In this document: one piece after another, positions 8,794 through 17,934 of the stretch
How the letters are laid out: each line of letters starts with the position of its first letter
Position numbering within the stretch: the stretch's first letter is position 1
Source of the DNA: a bacterium
Lineage (GTDB): Bacteria > Patescibacteriota > CPR2 > UBA1875 > JAJYID01
Assembly (NCBI GenBank): GCA_021796415.1
Contig: JAJYJC010000003.1
Location: 1 to 54,414, forward strand
Length of the DNA: 54,414 nt
Reading direction: 5' to 3'
The notes under the pieces: model-generated
What the model was told of the DNA's origin: nothing
Database searches by the model: none
What the model saw: only the letters and a program-made list of their open reading frames with translations
Program-made: the position numbers and the translations under genes

Positions 8794-10013
8794 AGCACTC
8801 ATTGCATCACATCTATGTCGGGCCGAAAAACAATAATCTGCGCGAAGTTTATTGGGCGATGAGCGTGCACACCTTTGCTTTTGGCCTCCTTGCAATATTT
8901 GTTCCGATCTATCTATACGGTTTGGGGTTCTCGCTGAGGCAAATACTTTTTTTCTATACAATTTACTATATCTTTTCCAGCGTTTCTGAGTACGTGGCAG
9001 GCAGGTTGGCTGCGCGTTTCGGTGTGAATCACATCTTCTCGCTAAGTTTTCCATTGACTGCAATCGGGTTATTTTTTCTGCTGACTATTCATAACTTGCA
9101 CTGGCCGCTCTGGATTTTGGCTCTTGCAATGGCTTTTCCGAATGGGCTTTTTTGGGTTCCCTATGATGATGAATTTTCAAAATCCAAACATAAGAAAACG
9201 GCTGGCTCTGAGATAGGCAAGCTGGCAATACTTGTTTCGCTATTTGGGGCATTGGCTCCTATGATTGGAGGCATCGTTGCTGAGCAGTTTGGCTTTAGTA
9301 TGGTAATCGTAATATGCATGTGCTTGCTTTTAGCCGCAATGTTACCGATTTTCAAAAGGCGCGACATGATTAAGAAGGAACCGTTAAATATGAGGGCATT
9401 TCTTGCTAAAGACAACATAAAAAATGCCATTGCTTATGGCGGTTATGGCTTTGAAGGCAATGCCTCCAATGTTGTTTGGCCATTATTTCTCTTTCTCATT
9501 GTTGGTGAATACAAGCAGGTTGGTTTCATCGCTACGATGTCACTCTTGGCGGCCATTATCGTCACGTTGTTTATCGGTAAAATGTCTGATAAGCATGATA
9601 AAAAGAAGTTATTGAAAACAGGTACTTTTCTGAATTTCTCGACAGGTGTAGGCAGGACGGTGGTGACCACGGCCTCTGCCGCATACGTTGCCGGCATGCT
9701 TTCTGCCATTTCGCACATCTTTGTGTTCATTCCCTTCATTTCCAAATTTTTCCTTAACGCCGACAGGGACAGGCGGACGGAGTATGTGGTAGGAATGGAG
9801 ATGAGCACAGATTTCATAAGGGCAATTTATTTTCTGATACTCTTTGGAGCCACATTCTTCTTTGGCAACGCACTTGTTTTGACTATTGGTATAGCTCTCG
9901 GAGCAGCGGGAGTGTTTTTGACAACGCTAATCAACAATTCCGGGCAAGAATCCGGCAAGAACTTGCCAAAGCAAATTAAAACTCATAGAGAAATTGCAAA
10001 GGCCAGGATATGA
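8790..10013 (+). CDS. MFS transporter (tandem paralog)
   Basis: GKMSDKHDKKK loop; N- and C-termini match the previous gene (NLREVY.AMS, IAKAR). Confidence 0.82.
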   Translation: MKHSLHHIYVGPKNNNLREVYWAMSVHTFAFGLLAIFVPIYLYGLGFSLRQILFFYTIYYIFSSVSEYVAGRLAARFGVNHIFSLSFPLTAIGLFFLLTIHNLHWPLWILALAMAFPNGLFWVPYDDEFSKSKHKKTAGSEIGKLAILVSLFGALAPMIGGIVAEQFGFSMVIVICMCLLLAAMLPIFKRRDMIKKEPLNMRAFLAKDNIKNAIAYGGYGFEGNASNVVWPLFLFLIVGEYKQVGFIATMSLLAAIIVTLFIGKMSDKHDKKKLLKTGTFLNFSTGVGRTVVTTASAAYVAGMLSAISHIFVFIPFISKFFLNADRDRRTEYVVGMEMSTDFIRAIYFLILFGATFFFGNALVLTIGIALGAAGVFLTTLINNSGQESGKNLPKQIKTHREIAKARI

Positions 10014-10762
10014 TAGACACGCACGCCCATCTGAACTTTCCGGATTTCGATAAAGATTTGGAGCAGGTTATCGGCGAATCTTTTAAGAATGGCGTCGAAA
10101 AAATTATTATCCCCGGTTCAGACGTTCTAAATAGCAAGAAAGCGGTCGAGATTGCCGGCGAGCATGAAAATATCTTTGCGGCGGTTGGCATACATCCGCA
10201 CTACACCGACGAAGACTTTAGCAAACTTATAGAATTGGCAAAAAACAAGAAAGTGGTGGCGATCGGCGAATGCGGACTGGATTATTTCAGGCTAGAAGGC
10301 GATATTACGGGAAATCAAAAAGCACAAAAGGAGCTTTTTTCCAAACATCTAGAACTAGCTCAAAAAACTGATTTGCCGCTTATTTTCCATAACCGCGAAT
10401 CGGATGGTGATTTCCTGGAAATGGTTAAAGGACAGAATGTGCGAGGCGTTGTCCATTGCTTTACGGCAGATTGGAGCTTTGCCCGGGAGGCGTTGGATCT
10501 GGGATTTTTGATATCTTTTACAGGAATTATTACATTTGATAAAACAGGCAAGCTCGAAGAAGTGATTAAAAATATTCCACTCGCTAAGATAATGGTAGAG
10601 ACGGATAGTCCGCTTCTAGCTCCGGTGCCTTACCGCGGCCAGAGGGCGGAGCCTTGGATGGTTAGAGAAATCATTCAAAAGATAGCAGACATTAAGGGTG
10701 TTTTGCCTGAAGAAGCCGAAGAAATGACCACCACTACCGCAAAAAATTTTTTTGGGATATAA
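10010..10762 (+). CDS. tatD: TatD family DNase/hydrolase
   Basis: IDTHAHL, AVGIHPH, IGECGLDY, HCFT, ETDSP. Confidence 0.96.
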   Translation: MIDTHAHLNFPDFDKDLEQVIGESFKNGVEKIIIPGSDVLNSKKAVEIAGEHENIFAAVGIHPHYTDEDFSKLIELAKNKKVVAIGECGLDYFRLEGDITGNQKAQKELFSKHLELAQKTDLPLIFHNRESDGDFLEMVKGQNVRGVVHCFTADWSFAREALDLGFLISFTGIITFDKTGKLEEVIKNIPLAKIMVETDSPLLAPVPYRGQRAEPWMVREIIQKIADIKGVLPEEAEEMTTTTAKNFFGI

Positions 10763-10790
10763 TAATTCTTAAATAATAGAGGAGGTTGTC

Positions 10791-11900
10791 ATGGCAAAAG
10801 ACGAAAGACAGCCGGATGACGAACAAGAAGAACTAAATATAATTGAAGAAGAAAAGGCTCAGGAAAGAGGCGAGCGCGACTACAACACAATTTTTGATGA
10901 AGATTATGCTGAGCATAAACCGGAGGAGGAAAACGAAGGGATTGAAGAAAATGATAATAATGAAGAAACAGAAACGATAGCAAGTCAATCAGACTCAGAT
11001 ACATCTCCAGAAGAGAAGAAGAAATCTGAAAGCAAGCCTAAAAATTCTCCTTCAAGCTCAAAGAGTTCCGGCAAGAATAAAAAAACAGTCAAAGAAGAAA
11101 AAGATCCGAAGGTTATTCAAGGCGAAAAAGGGGATGATGAATCCATGGTTCAAGGCGCAAAGGAGCAAAAATCAGGCCGATCTTTAACAAAGAAGATTTT
11201 GGCGGGAGCGGCTGTCCTTATTATGTTTTTGGTTGGCATTTACTTTGGCAATCTTTACTTTCAGATTCATCAAGTTAGGGAGGAGGCCGCCAGTACGACA
11301 ACAACCACTACAACTATGCCAGAAAAAACGGTTTATGTGACGGCAAGTGGCGGGCTAAATATGAGGAAAGACCCAAGCTCAAGCTCGAAATCCTTGGCGG
11401 TGATACCTTATGGAACGAAATTAAGCGTTCTGGACACTCAAAACAGCTGGGATAAAGTTGAATATAATGGCCAAACCGGATGGGTATCGACTGACTACGT
11501 AAGCGAAACAAAACCAACTGAGTGGAAGACTTATACGGGTACAGGATTTAGCACGGATAATCCAAAGTTTTCTATTCAATATCCATCAGATTGGGCGCTG
11601 GATGGTTATAAGGTATCCAAAACAGATAACGGAAAACTATATACTATAGCGCTTGGTGAAGGCGGACATGGATTTGCCGAAGGTGATACTTCTATAACCA
11701 GTTCTCAGGAAAATATTACGGTTAACGGCCAAGCAGGGATTAAAACAACAGCCAAAAAGGATGGCAAGATCATAGTTATTACTGCTACGTTTCAGAAAGG
11801 TAATGGCGATGTTATTATTGAGTTTGATCCGCCGGCCGGATACGACCAGACTTATATCGACACCTTCAATAAGATGGTCGACACGTTCAAATTTCTCTAA
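10791..11900 (+). CDS. Membrane-anchored SH3b-domain protein with acidic N-terminus and PsbP-like C-terminus
   Basis: Acidic disordered N-terminus, single TM, GLNMRKDPS..WDKVEYNGQTGWVSTDYV (SH3b), FSIQYPSDW. Confidence 0.78.
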   Translation: MAKDERQPDDEQEELNIIEEEKAQERGERDYNTIFDEDYAEHKPEEENEGIEENDNNEETETIASQSDSDTSPEEKKKSESKPKNSPSSSKSSGKNKKTVKEEKDPKVIQGEKGDDESMVQGAKEQKSGRSLTKKILAGAAVLIMFLVGIYFGNLYFQIHQVREEAASTTTTTTTMPEKTVYVTASGGLNMRKDPSSSSKSLAVIPYGTKLSVLDTQNSWDKVEYNGQTGWVSTDYVSETKPTEWKTYTGTGFSTDNPKFSIQYPSDWALDGYKVSKTDNGKLYTIALGEGGHGFAEGDTSITSSQENITVNGQAGIKTTAKKDGKIIVITATFQKGNGDVIIEFDPPAGYDQTYIDTFNKMVDTFKFL

Positions 11901-11907
11901 AAAATCG

Positions 11908-11936
11908 TTGACAAACCAGAGAACAAAAGTTACCCT
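11908..11936 (+). promoter_or_regulatory. Possible sigma70 promoter
   Basis: TTGACA-17 nt-TACCCT. Confidence 0.4.
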
Positions 11937-11954
11937 AGATGTAGGGTAAGATTT

Positions 11955-12185
11955 TGGAATTTTCAATTTCTAATTTTCTCTTCGAGCCTGAGCGGCCTCA
12001 GAGCCGAAGGCAATCAATACCCAAGTCTCAAATCATAATGTTATGGTTTCACTACACTAATATAGTTTAGTATAGCGCTGTGCAAGGGTCAGACCCTTGT
12101 AAATTAAGAGTATTTCACAAAGTAAGCCATTTTGAGGAACGAAGAATCTATCTAGATCCTTCGTCGTACCTCCTCAGGATGACGA
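11955..12185. repeat. Composite repeat cluster
   Basis: Heptamer arm interrupted by TTCGAGCCTGAGCGGCCTCAGAGCCGAA; CAAGGGTC-A-GACCCTTG (12083-12099); GCCATTTTGAGG..CCTCAGGATGAC (12125-12183). Confidence 0.7.
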
Positions 12186-12197
12186 TGAGGAGCATTT

Positions 12198-12413
12198 ATG
12201 CGGGAAAAATTTATTACAACAAATGAACTGGCAAACGATGCCTCAAAGATTCTAAAGGGTCTCAAAAGCGGCGAAGGCGTAGTGGTGCTTCGGTATTCCG
12301 ATCCTGTGGGGGTTCTCATTTCCTATGACGATTATAAGAAATTAATGAACCTAGAATCAGAGTTTGTAAGTGAATGTAAAGTGTGTTTGGGAGCGATAAA
12401 GAAGAAAAAATGA
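12198..12413 (+). CDS. Orphan Phd/YefM-like DNA-binding protein with C-terminal CxxC
   Basis: ITTNELANDASKIL..VVVLRYSDPVGVLISYDDYKKL fits Phd/YefM pattern; ATGA overlap with iscS; no toxin gene adjacent. Confidence 0.7.
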   Translation: MREKFITTNELANDASKILKGLKSGEGVVVLRYSDPVGVLISYDDYKKLMNLESEFVSECKVCLGAIKKKK

Positions 12414-13675
12414 AACATATCTATCTAGACCACGCGGCGACTACGCCGGTTTCAAAAGATGTTTTTGACGCGATGCAGCCATATTTCAGAGAAAAATACG
12501 GAAATCCTTCCAGTATTTATAAACTGGGCCAAGAAGCAAAATCAGCGGTTGAGCACGCTCGGGAAGAAGTTGCCGATATGCTTGGCGCTAAACCAAGGGA
12601 GATTATCTTTACCTCAGGCGCCACGGAATCGAATAACCTGGCACTGAAAGGTGTAGCGTTTTATTGGTCGCAGAATTTAAAAAAGAAACCCCACATTATC
12701 ATCAGCTCCATTGAACACCATTCTGTTTTAGACACGGCCGAGTATTTGGAGAAAAATTTCGGATTTGAAGTTACAAAACTGCCGGTTTCAAAGGAAGGAA
12801 TAGTTGATCCAACAGATTTGGAGAGTGTAATCAAGGACAACACAGTCATTGTCTCAGTAATGTATGGAAATAATGAAGTTGGTTCCATACAGCCGATCAA
12901 AGAATTGGGCGAAGTTATTAAAAGGGTAAACGCTAAAAGGGTCAGACCCTTGCAAAATAACGGGAAATCTCATGATTTTGAGCACGAAAATTCCTTACAA
13001 GGGTCAGACCCTTGCAGTCAACCGATTGTTTTCCATACCGATGCGGTGCAGGCGTTTCAGTATCTTGATTGTGACGTCAAAGGTCTGGGCGTGGATATGC
13101 TCTCTCTGACAGGGCATAAGTTCTACGGACCGAAAGGTGTGGGGCTGCTTTATGTAAAATCAGGCACGAAATTTCTGTCGCAGCAACAAGGCGGGGCGCA
13201 GGAAAGAGGCCTGAGAGCCGGAACCGAGAATGTGCCATATATCGTCGGAATGGCAAAAGCAATGAGTGATACCAGGAAACAATTAACAATTAGCAAACAA
13301 CAAATCGCTGATTTGCGAGACTATTTAGTTAAACGAATAGCGGCTGAAATTCCCGATGTGGTTTTGACCGGACCGGAAATCGGCAAAAAGAGATTACCGC
13401 ACATTGCCAGCTTCATATTTAAGAAAATAGAAGGTGAGTCGATTCTCATTAATCTGGACTTGCTTGGCATCGCCGCATCCAGCGGTTCTGCCTGCACATC
13501 CGGAAGCCTGGCATCATCGCATGTTTTGACGGCCATGGGTTATGACGACCTTCTGGCGCACGGTTCTATCCGTTTTAGTCTTGGCAAAATGAATTCAAAG
13601 GAGGAAATTGACGAGATGATGAAACATTTGCCGCAGATTGTAGAGAAATTAAGAGGCATGAGCCCGATAAAGTAG
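12410..13675 (+). CDS. iscS: Cysteine desulfurase IscS/NifS with in-frame repeat insert
   Basis: IYLDHAATTP, GNPSS, HTDAVQ, TGHKFYGPKG, SSGSACTSGS. Confidence 0.96.
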   Translation: MKHIYLDHAATTPVSKDVFDAMQPYFREKYGNPSSIYKLGQEAKSAVEHAREEVADMLGAKPREIIFTSGATESNNLALKGVAFYWSQNLKKKPHIIISSIEHHSVLDTAEYLEKNFGFEVTKLPVSKEGIVDPTDLESVIKDNTVIVSVMYGNNEVGSIQPIKELGEVIKRVNAKRVRPLQNNGKSHDFEHENSLQGSDPCSQPIVFHTDAVQAFQYLDCDVKGLGVDMLSLTGHKFYGPKGVGLLYVKSGTKFLSQQQGGAQERGLRAGTENVPYIVGMAKAMSDTRKQLTISKQQIADLRDYLVKRIAAEIPDVVLTGPEIGKKRLPHIASFIFKKIEGESILINLDLLGIAASSGSACTSGSLASSHVLTAMGYDDLLAHGSIRFSLGKMNSKEEIDEMMKHLPQIVEKLRGMSPIK

Positions 13676-13679
13676 AATT

Positions 13680-14183
13680 ATGGCCAATCAGGAGAAGATA
13701 CAAAAGGCGGTCGAGAAATTCCACGAGGTAAGGGATATGCCTTTTCATATTTCTATGGATGGGGAGGCAGAATACGATTGTGAAGGAAAGGCGAGGCTGC
13801 TGGCAAAAGAGTTGCAGTCACTGGGCTACAAGCCATTTCTTCGGGCGAGTTTGTTCCATTGGTCGGACCTGGAATTGCCGGAGGAAATAAACTCAATTGG
13901 GCACGAAGATGAGAGCACTCATTGGTTTTTGGAAGTTGAGAATCTGGATGGAGAGAGTGTTTTTGTTGATCCCACCTGGAATCCTGAACTGGAAAAGGCT
14001 GGATTCTTGATATCGGAGTGGGATGGCATAGGGTCTACAAGTTTAACAACCCCTTGCTATAGGATATTTTCCCGCAAAGAATCAGAAGAGCACTTAAAGA
14101 CAGTCAAATATCCGGATGATGATTTTTATGACGCTTTTAATAAATATTGCGATAGTTTTTTGGAAGGAGGAAAAGTTGGCTAA
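13680..14183 (+). CDS. Hypothetical protein, possibly transglutaminase-like
   Basis: YDCEGKARLL ... HWFL ... VDPTW gives a Cys-His-Asp spacing typical of the transglutaminase-like fold. Confidence 0.55.
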   Translation: MANQEKIQKAVEKFHEVRDMPFHISMDGEAEYDCEGKARLLAKELQSLGYKPFLRASLFHWSDLELPEEINSIGHEDESTHWFLEVENLDGESVFVDPTWNPELEKAGFLISEWDGIGSTSLTTPCYRIFSRKESEEHLKTVKYPDDDFYDAFNKYCDSFLEGGKVG

Positions 14184-14598
14184 GAAGAAAGTAGTAGCGG
14201 TTAGCGGAGGATTTGACCCCATTCATATCGGTCACGTGCGAATGATAAGGGCGGCATCAAAGCTTGGGGATGAGCTTGTAGTGATTTTGAATACGGACCG
14301 GTTTTTGAAAGACAAGAAAGATTTCATTTTCATGCCTTTTGAAGAAAGAAAAGAGATATTGGAAAGCATCGCAGGCGTATCTAGGGTAGTTGAATGCATA
14401 GACAGGGACCAAACAGTTTGCGAGACATTGGCGCAGCTCAAACCTGACATTTTCGCCAATGGCGGAGATAGAAAAGACGAGGATGACATTCCGGAGCACG
14501 ATGTATGCGCACAGCACGGCATAGAAATGGTATTTAATGTCGGCGAAGGCGGCAAAGTGCAGTCATCAAGCGAGCTGGCAAAGAGGATGAAGAAATGA
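14176..14598 (+). CDS. Cytidylyltransferase family protein (TagD/RfaE-like)
   Basis: TTG after SD AAGGAGG; SGGFDPIHIGH, FANGGDR. Confidence 0.9.
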   Translation: MAKKKVVAVSGGFDPIHIGHVRMIRAASKLGDELVVILNTDRFLKDKKDFIFMPFEERKEILESIAGVSRVVECIDRDQTVCETLAQLKPDIFANGGDRKDEDDIPEHDVCAQHGIEMVFNVGEGGKVQSSSELAKRMKK

Positions 14599-14996
14599 AG
14601 ATTGTAATTCAGGGAATCGAATATAGGGTTATTGCAGAAGGAGCCTATGCCACTAAGTCCGAACCGGATAAACCGTATAAAAAATATAAATTGAATGACA
14701 ACAAAGCTTTAGTTATTTCAGATGAAGAGGATTTTGCGTTTTTCGGAGAAGATTTTGGGGAGTTAGATCTGGAACCGGGAGAGAAAAACATTAATTATAA
14801 AGGAACAGAATTCAAGCTTGCCACAGAAGATTATCAGATTTTAGAAAAAGCTGTGTTCGGAGAGCCGGAAGGGAACTTGAAATTCTGGGATTATGAGAAC
14901 GGGGAGCAAGTTATAAGTCTTGGGGTAAAAGAAAATGGCGAGAGGAGTGATGTGGCGGGAAAAGTCATTGATAAAAAAAGTATTAAATTTATATAG
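14595..14996 (+). CDS. Hypothetical protein (DUF4178-like)
   Basis: ATGA overlap; beta-rich acidic/aromatic composition; family call tentative. Confidence 0.6.
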   Translation: MKIVIQGIEYRVIAEGAYATKSEPDKPYKKYKLNDNKALVISDEEDFAFFGEDFGELDLEPGEKNINYKGTEFKLATEDYQILEKAVFGEPEGNLKFWDYENGEQVISLGVKENGERSDVAGKVIDKKSIKFI

Positions 14997-15220
14997 ATTC
15001 CCGTCTTCGCGGGAATGACGGGGAAGGGTCAGAATGACGAATTAGGTTTGAAAATTGACAAATTGGTAATTGAATGAAAATTAGAAATTGAGAATTGAAA
15101 ATTATTGGTTAAGGGATGATTCCGGTCAAGTCAGAATGACAAATTTCAGACATTAAAAAATTGGGAATTGTTTAGAAATTGGATATTAGCCTGCCTGCCG
15201 GCAGGCAGGATTTAGGAATT
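14995..15220. repeat. Composite repeat cluster
   Basis: AGATTCCCGTCTTCGCGGGAATGAC, CAGAATGAC, heptamer arm, GATTCCGGTCAAGTCAGAATGAC, CCTGCCTGCCGGCAGGCAGG. Confidence 0.8.
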
Positions 15221-15239
15221 AAATGAGGAGGAACGACGA

Positions 15240-15635
15240 ATGAGTGATATGTATTCAAAAAAAGTAATGGATCATTTTCAGAATCCGAGAAATGTCGGGG
15301 AGATTAAGGATGCTTCCGGTGTAGGCGAGAAAGGCAATCCGACTTGCGGCGACATTATGAAAATGTATATCAAGGTTGGCAAGAAAAATGGCAAGGAAAT
15401 CATTGAGGATATTAGGTTTCAAACTTTTGGCTGCGGGGCAGCGGTAGCAACATCGAGCATGATCACGGAGATGGTTAAAGGCAAAACTCTGGAGGAAGCA
15501 GAGAAGATTTCAAATGCGCAAGTTGCAGAGGCTCTTGGAGGACTTCCTCCCATCAAAATGCACTGTTCGAATCTGGCGGCAAATGCCTTACAGGATGCAA
15601 TAACCAATTATAGGGATAATTTAGGGACTAAGTAG
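15240..15635 (+). CDS. iscU: Fe-S scaffold IscU/NifU-N
   Basis: YSKKVMDHFQNPRNVG, GNPTCGD, FGCGAA, KMHCSNLA. Confidence 0.96.
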   Translation: MSDMYSKKVMDHFQNPRNVGEIKDASGVGEKGNPTCGDIMKMYIKVGKKNGKEIIEDIRFQTFGCGAAVATSSMITEMVKGKTLEEAEKISNAQVAEALGGLPPIKMHCSNLAANALQDAITNYRDNLGTK

Positions 15636-15797
15636 GGGTTGATTGGGATTTGTAGCGACATGTCGTGCAAGTAGTCCCGATTAATCACCATAAATCACCA
15701 TTAATCACATTCCGATTTGTATTTTTGGCTAATGCTTGGATAGGCAAGAAAAATTACAATGTTTTTGTTTCATTTAGACTATTAAATGTGTTAATCT

Positions 15798-16760
15798 ATG
15801 ATTATGAATTGGGTCGATGCAGTTATCATTATCTTCATCATTTACTTCCTTGTGATGGGCTACTTCCAGGGGTTCTTGAAGCAGTTTATCGACCTGGTGG
15901 GGCTCATCCTTTCATTTCTGTTTGCGATAAAATTTTACTCTTATCTTGCCCAGCTTTTTAGCAATCATTTTAATATACCGCTTTCTTTTGCGGGCGTTGT
16001 AGGCTTTTTTCTCGCCTGGTTTATTTTTAGGGTGATCTATTATTTCATCTCCGCTTTTGTTTATAAGAAGATCCCCAAAGATGTTCTGGAGTCCAAGTAC
16101 AACCGCTTTGGCGGAGGAGCGCCTGCTCTTATTCGCGGTGTGGTTACCGCTGCAATCCTCCTCATCTTATTTATGGTTTTACCTATACCGACAAATGCAA
16201 GGGATGACATATCAAACTCAAAAATTGGCGGCAGCCTGGTCAAGCACTCCGCAAGCATCGAGAGTTATCTTGAAAAGCAGTTTGGAGGCGCCATCAATGA
16301 TACGCTTACTTTCCTGACGGTGAAACCTGAGGGCGACGAAACCACTGACCTTGGATTTAAAACAGATAAACTCTCAGTAGATACTGCTAGCGAAAATAGA
16401 ATGCTTGACTTAGTGAACCAAGAAAGGACATCAAGAGGTTTGGGCAAGCTTGTCATGGATAAAAAACTGCAGGATCTGGCTCGGGCTCATTCGAAAGACA
16501 TGTTTGAGAAAGGATACTTCTCCCACACCGACAGGAACGGAAAGTCACCTTTTGACAGGATGCACGATGCGGGTATAAACTTCCTTGTTGCGGGAGAGAA
16601 TCTGGCTTTGGCGCCAAGTGTAGACATTGCGCACAACGGACTCATGAATAGTCCCGGGCACAGGGCAAATATCTTGACGGCTGACTTTAATAAGGTTGGG
16701 ATCGGGGTTATCGACGGAGGCGTGTATGGTAAAATGTTCTCACAGGAATTTACGGATTAA
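15798..16760 (+). CDS. CvpA-family membrane domain fused to CAP/SCP domain
   Basis: NWVDAVII..GYFQGFLKQ (CvpA); LVNQER..ARAHSKDM..YFSH..GENLA..MNSPGHRANIL (CAP). Confidence 0.9.
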   Translation: MIMNWVDAVIIIFIIYFLVMGYFQGFLKQFIDLVGLILSFLFAIKFYSYLAQLFSNHFNIPLSFAGVVGFFLAWFIFRVIYYFISAFVYKKIPKDVLESKYNRFGGGAPALIRGVVTAAILLILFMVLPIPTNARDDISNSKIGGSLVKHSASIESYLEKQFGGAINDTLTFLTVKPEGDETTDLGFKTDKLSVDTASENRMLDLVNQERTSRGLGKLVMDKKLQDLARAHSKDMFEKGYFSHTDRNGKSPFDRMHDAGINFLVAGENLALAPSVDIAHNGLMNSPGHRANILTADFNKVGIGVIDGGVYGKMFSQEFTD

Positions 16761-17342
16761 GTGAAAAGACTACTGAAAAAACTTTTGAAATTTCTTTTTG
16801 TGGCCGCAATGCTTATAGTAGTTGCAATTTTTGGCATTGCCATCTACCTCTCGCCGCAGAGCAAGCTGGAGCATGCCGATGCGATTGTAGTTATCTCGGG
16901 TGGAGATACTGACGAAAGGATAAGCGAGGGCGTGCGCCTATATAAAGAAGACTATTCTCGTGAAATCATTTTTTCCGGCGCGGCCGCCTCGGGAACAGTG
17001 TCAAACGCTGCCGCGATGCGAAACATAGCCGTCCATGAAGGTGTAGCGCCGAGTGGCATTTTGCTTGACGAAACCTCGGTAGACACGGAGGAAAACGCTG
17101 CCAATGTGGCAAAAATTATCAAAGCGCAAAATTTTCACAGCATCATCTTGGTCACATCTCCTTACCACCAGAGGAGGGCTTATGAAGCTTTCAAAAAGGA
17201 GCTCGGAAAGAATTTTAAAATCATTAATCATTCAGCAATGGACAAGGAATGGAGCAAGGCGGACTGGTGGTCAAATAGCCAAGCGAGATTTCTGACACTC
17301 GGCGAGATTATGAAAAACTTTTATCTGCTTTTTAATAAATAA
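16761..17342 (+). CDS. YdcF/DUF218 family protein
   Basis: DAIVVISGG, IIFSGA, DTEENA, LVTSPYHQRRA. Confidence 0.9.
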   Translation: MKRLLKKLLKFLFVAAMLIVVAIFGIAIYLSPQSKLEHADAIVVISGGDTDERISEGVRLYKEDYSREIIFSGAAASGTVSNAAAMRNIAVHEGVAPSGILLDETSVDTEENAANVAKIIKAQNFHSIILVTSPYHQRRAYEAFKKELGKNFKIINHSAMDKEWSKADWWSNSQARFLTLGEIMKNFYLLFNK

Positions 17343-17357
17343 ATTGCATTTGTACAC

Positions 17358-17386
17358 TTGAAATGGTAAAACGCCAGCTTTATAAT
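17358..17386 (+). promoter_or_regulatory. Sigma70 promoter
   Basis: TTGAAA-17 nt-TATAAT upstream of trxA. Confidence 0.65.
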
Positions 17387-17484
17387 AGAGTAGCATTTCA
17401 AAGCGGGATGTACTAATTATACTAAATAAAGCCATCCTTCACGTAAAGTTACGGATGGTCGCCTGGGGGCGAAAAGGAGCAAAA

Positions 17485-17805
17485 ATGAGCGAAGTCGTTT
17501 TGACTGACCAAAATTTTGATGGAGAAGTACTAAAAGATAAAGGTGTTGTCCTTGTGGATTTTTGGGCTCCTTGGTGCGGGCCTTGTCAGATGCTCGGGCC
17601 GATTATTGCAGAAATTGCCAAAGATTTAGAGGGCAAGGCGAAGGTTGGCAAGCTAAATGTGGACGATGCCCCTCAAACAGCCGGACAGTACGGTGTTATG
17701 AGCATCCCGACGGTAATGATTTTCAAAAACGGTAAAGCCGAGGAAACGTTTGTTGGTGTTCAGCCGAAAGAAATGCTGGCAGAGAAGCTAAATCAGCTTC
17801 TCTGA
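17485..17805 (+). CDS. trxA: Thioredoxin
   Basis: LVDFWAPWCGPC, MSIPT; ATG after AAGGAG. Confidence 0.96.
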   Translation: MSEVVLTDQNFDGEVLKDKGVVLVDFWAPWCGPCQMLGPIIAEIAKDLEGKAKVGKLNVDDAPQTAGQYGVMSIPTVMIFKNGKAEETFVGVQPKEMLAEKLNQLL

Positions 17806-17905
17806 AATAACCAATAATCAATTCCTAATAACCAATTAAATTTCGAATTTGAAAATTAATAAATTGCAAATTGATTGAAAATTGGGACTTGAAAATTGAA
17901 AATTT
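17806..17905. repeat. Heptamer-period inverted-arm element
   Basis: AATAACCAATAATCAATTCC... / ...TTGATTGAAAATTGGGACTTGAAAATTGAAAATTT. Confidence 0.7.
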
Positions 17906-17934
17906 AAACTTGCGTATTTAAGCCGGCTATTTCA

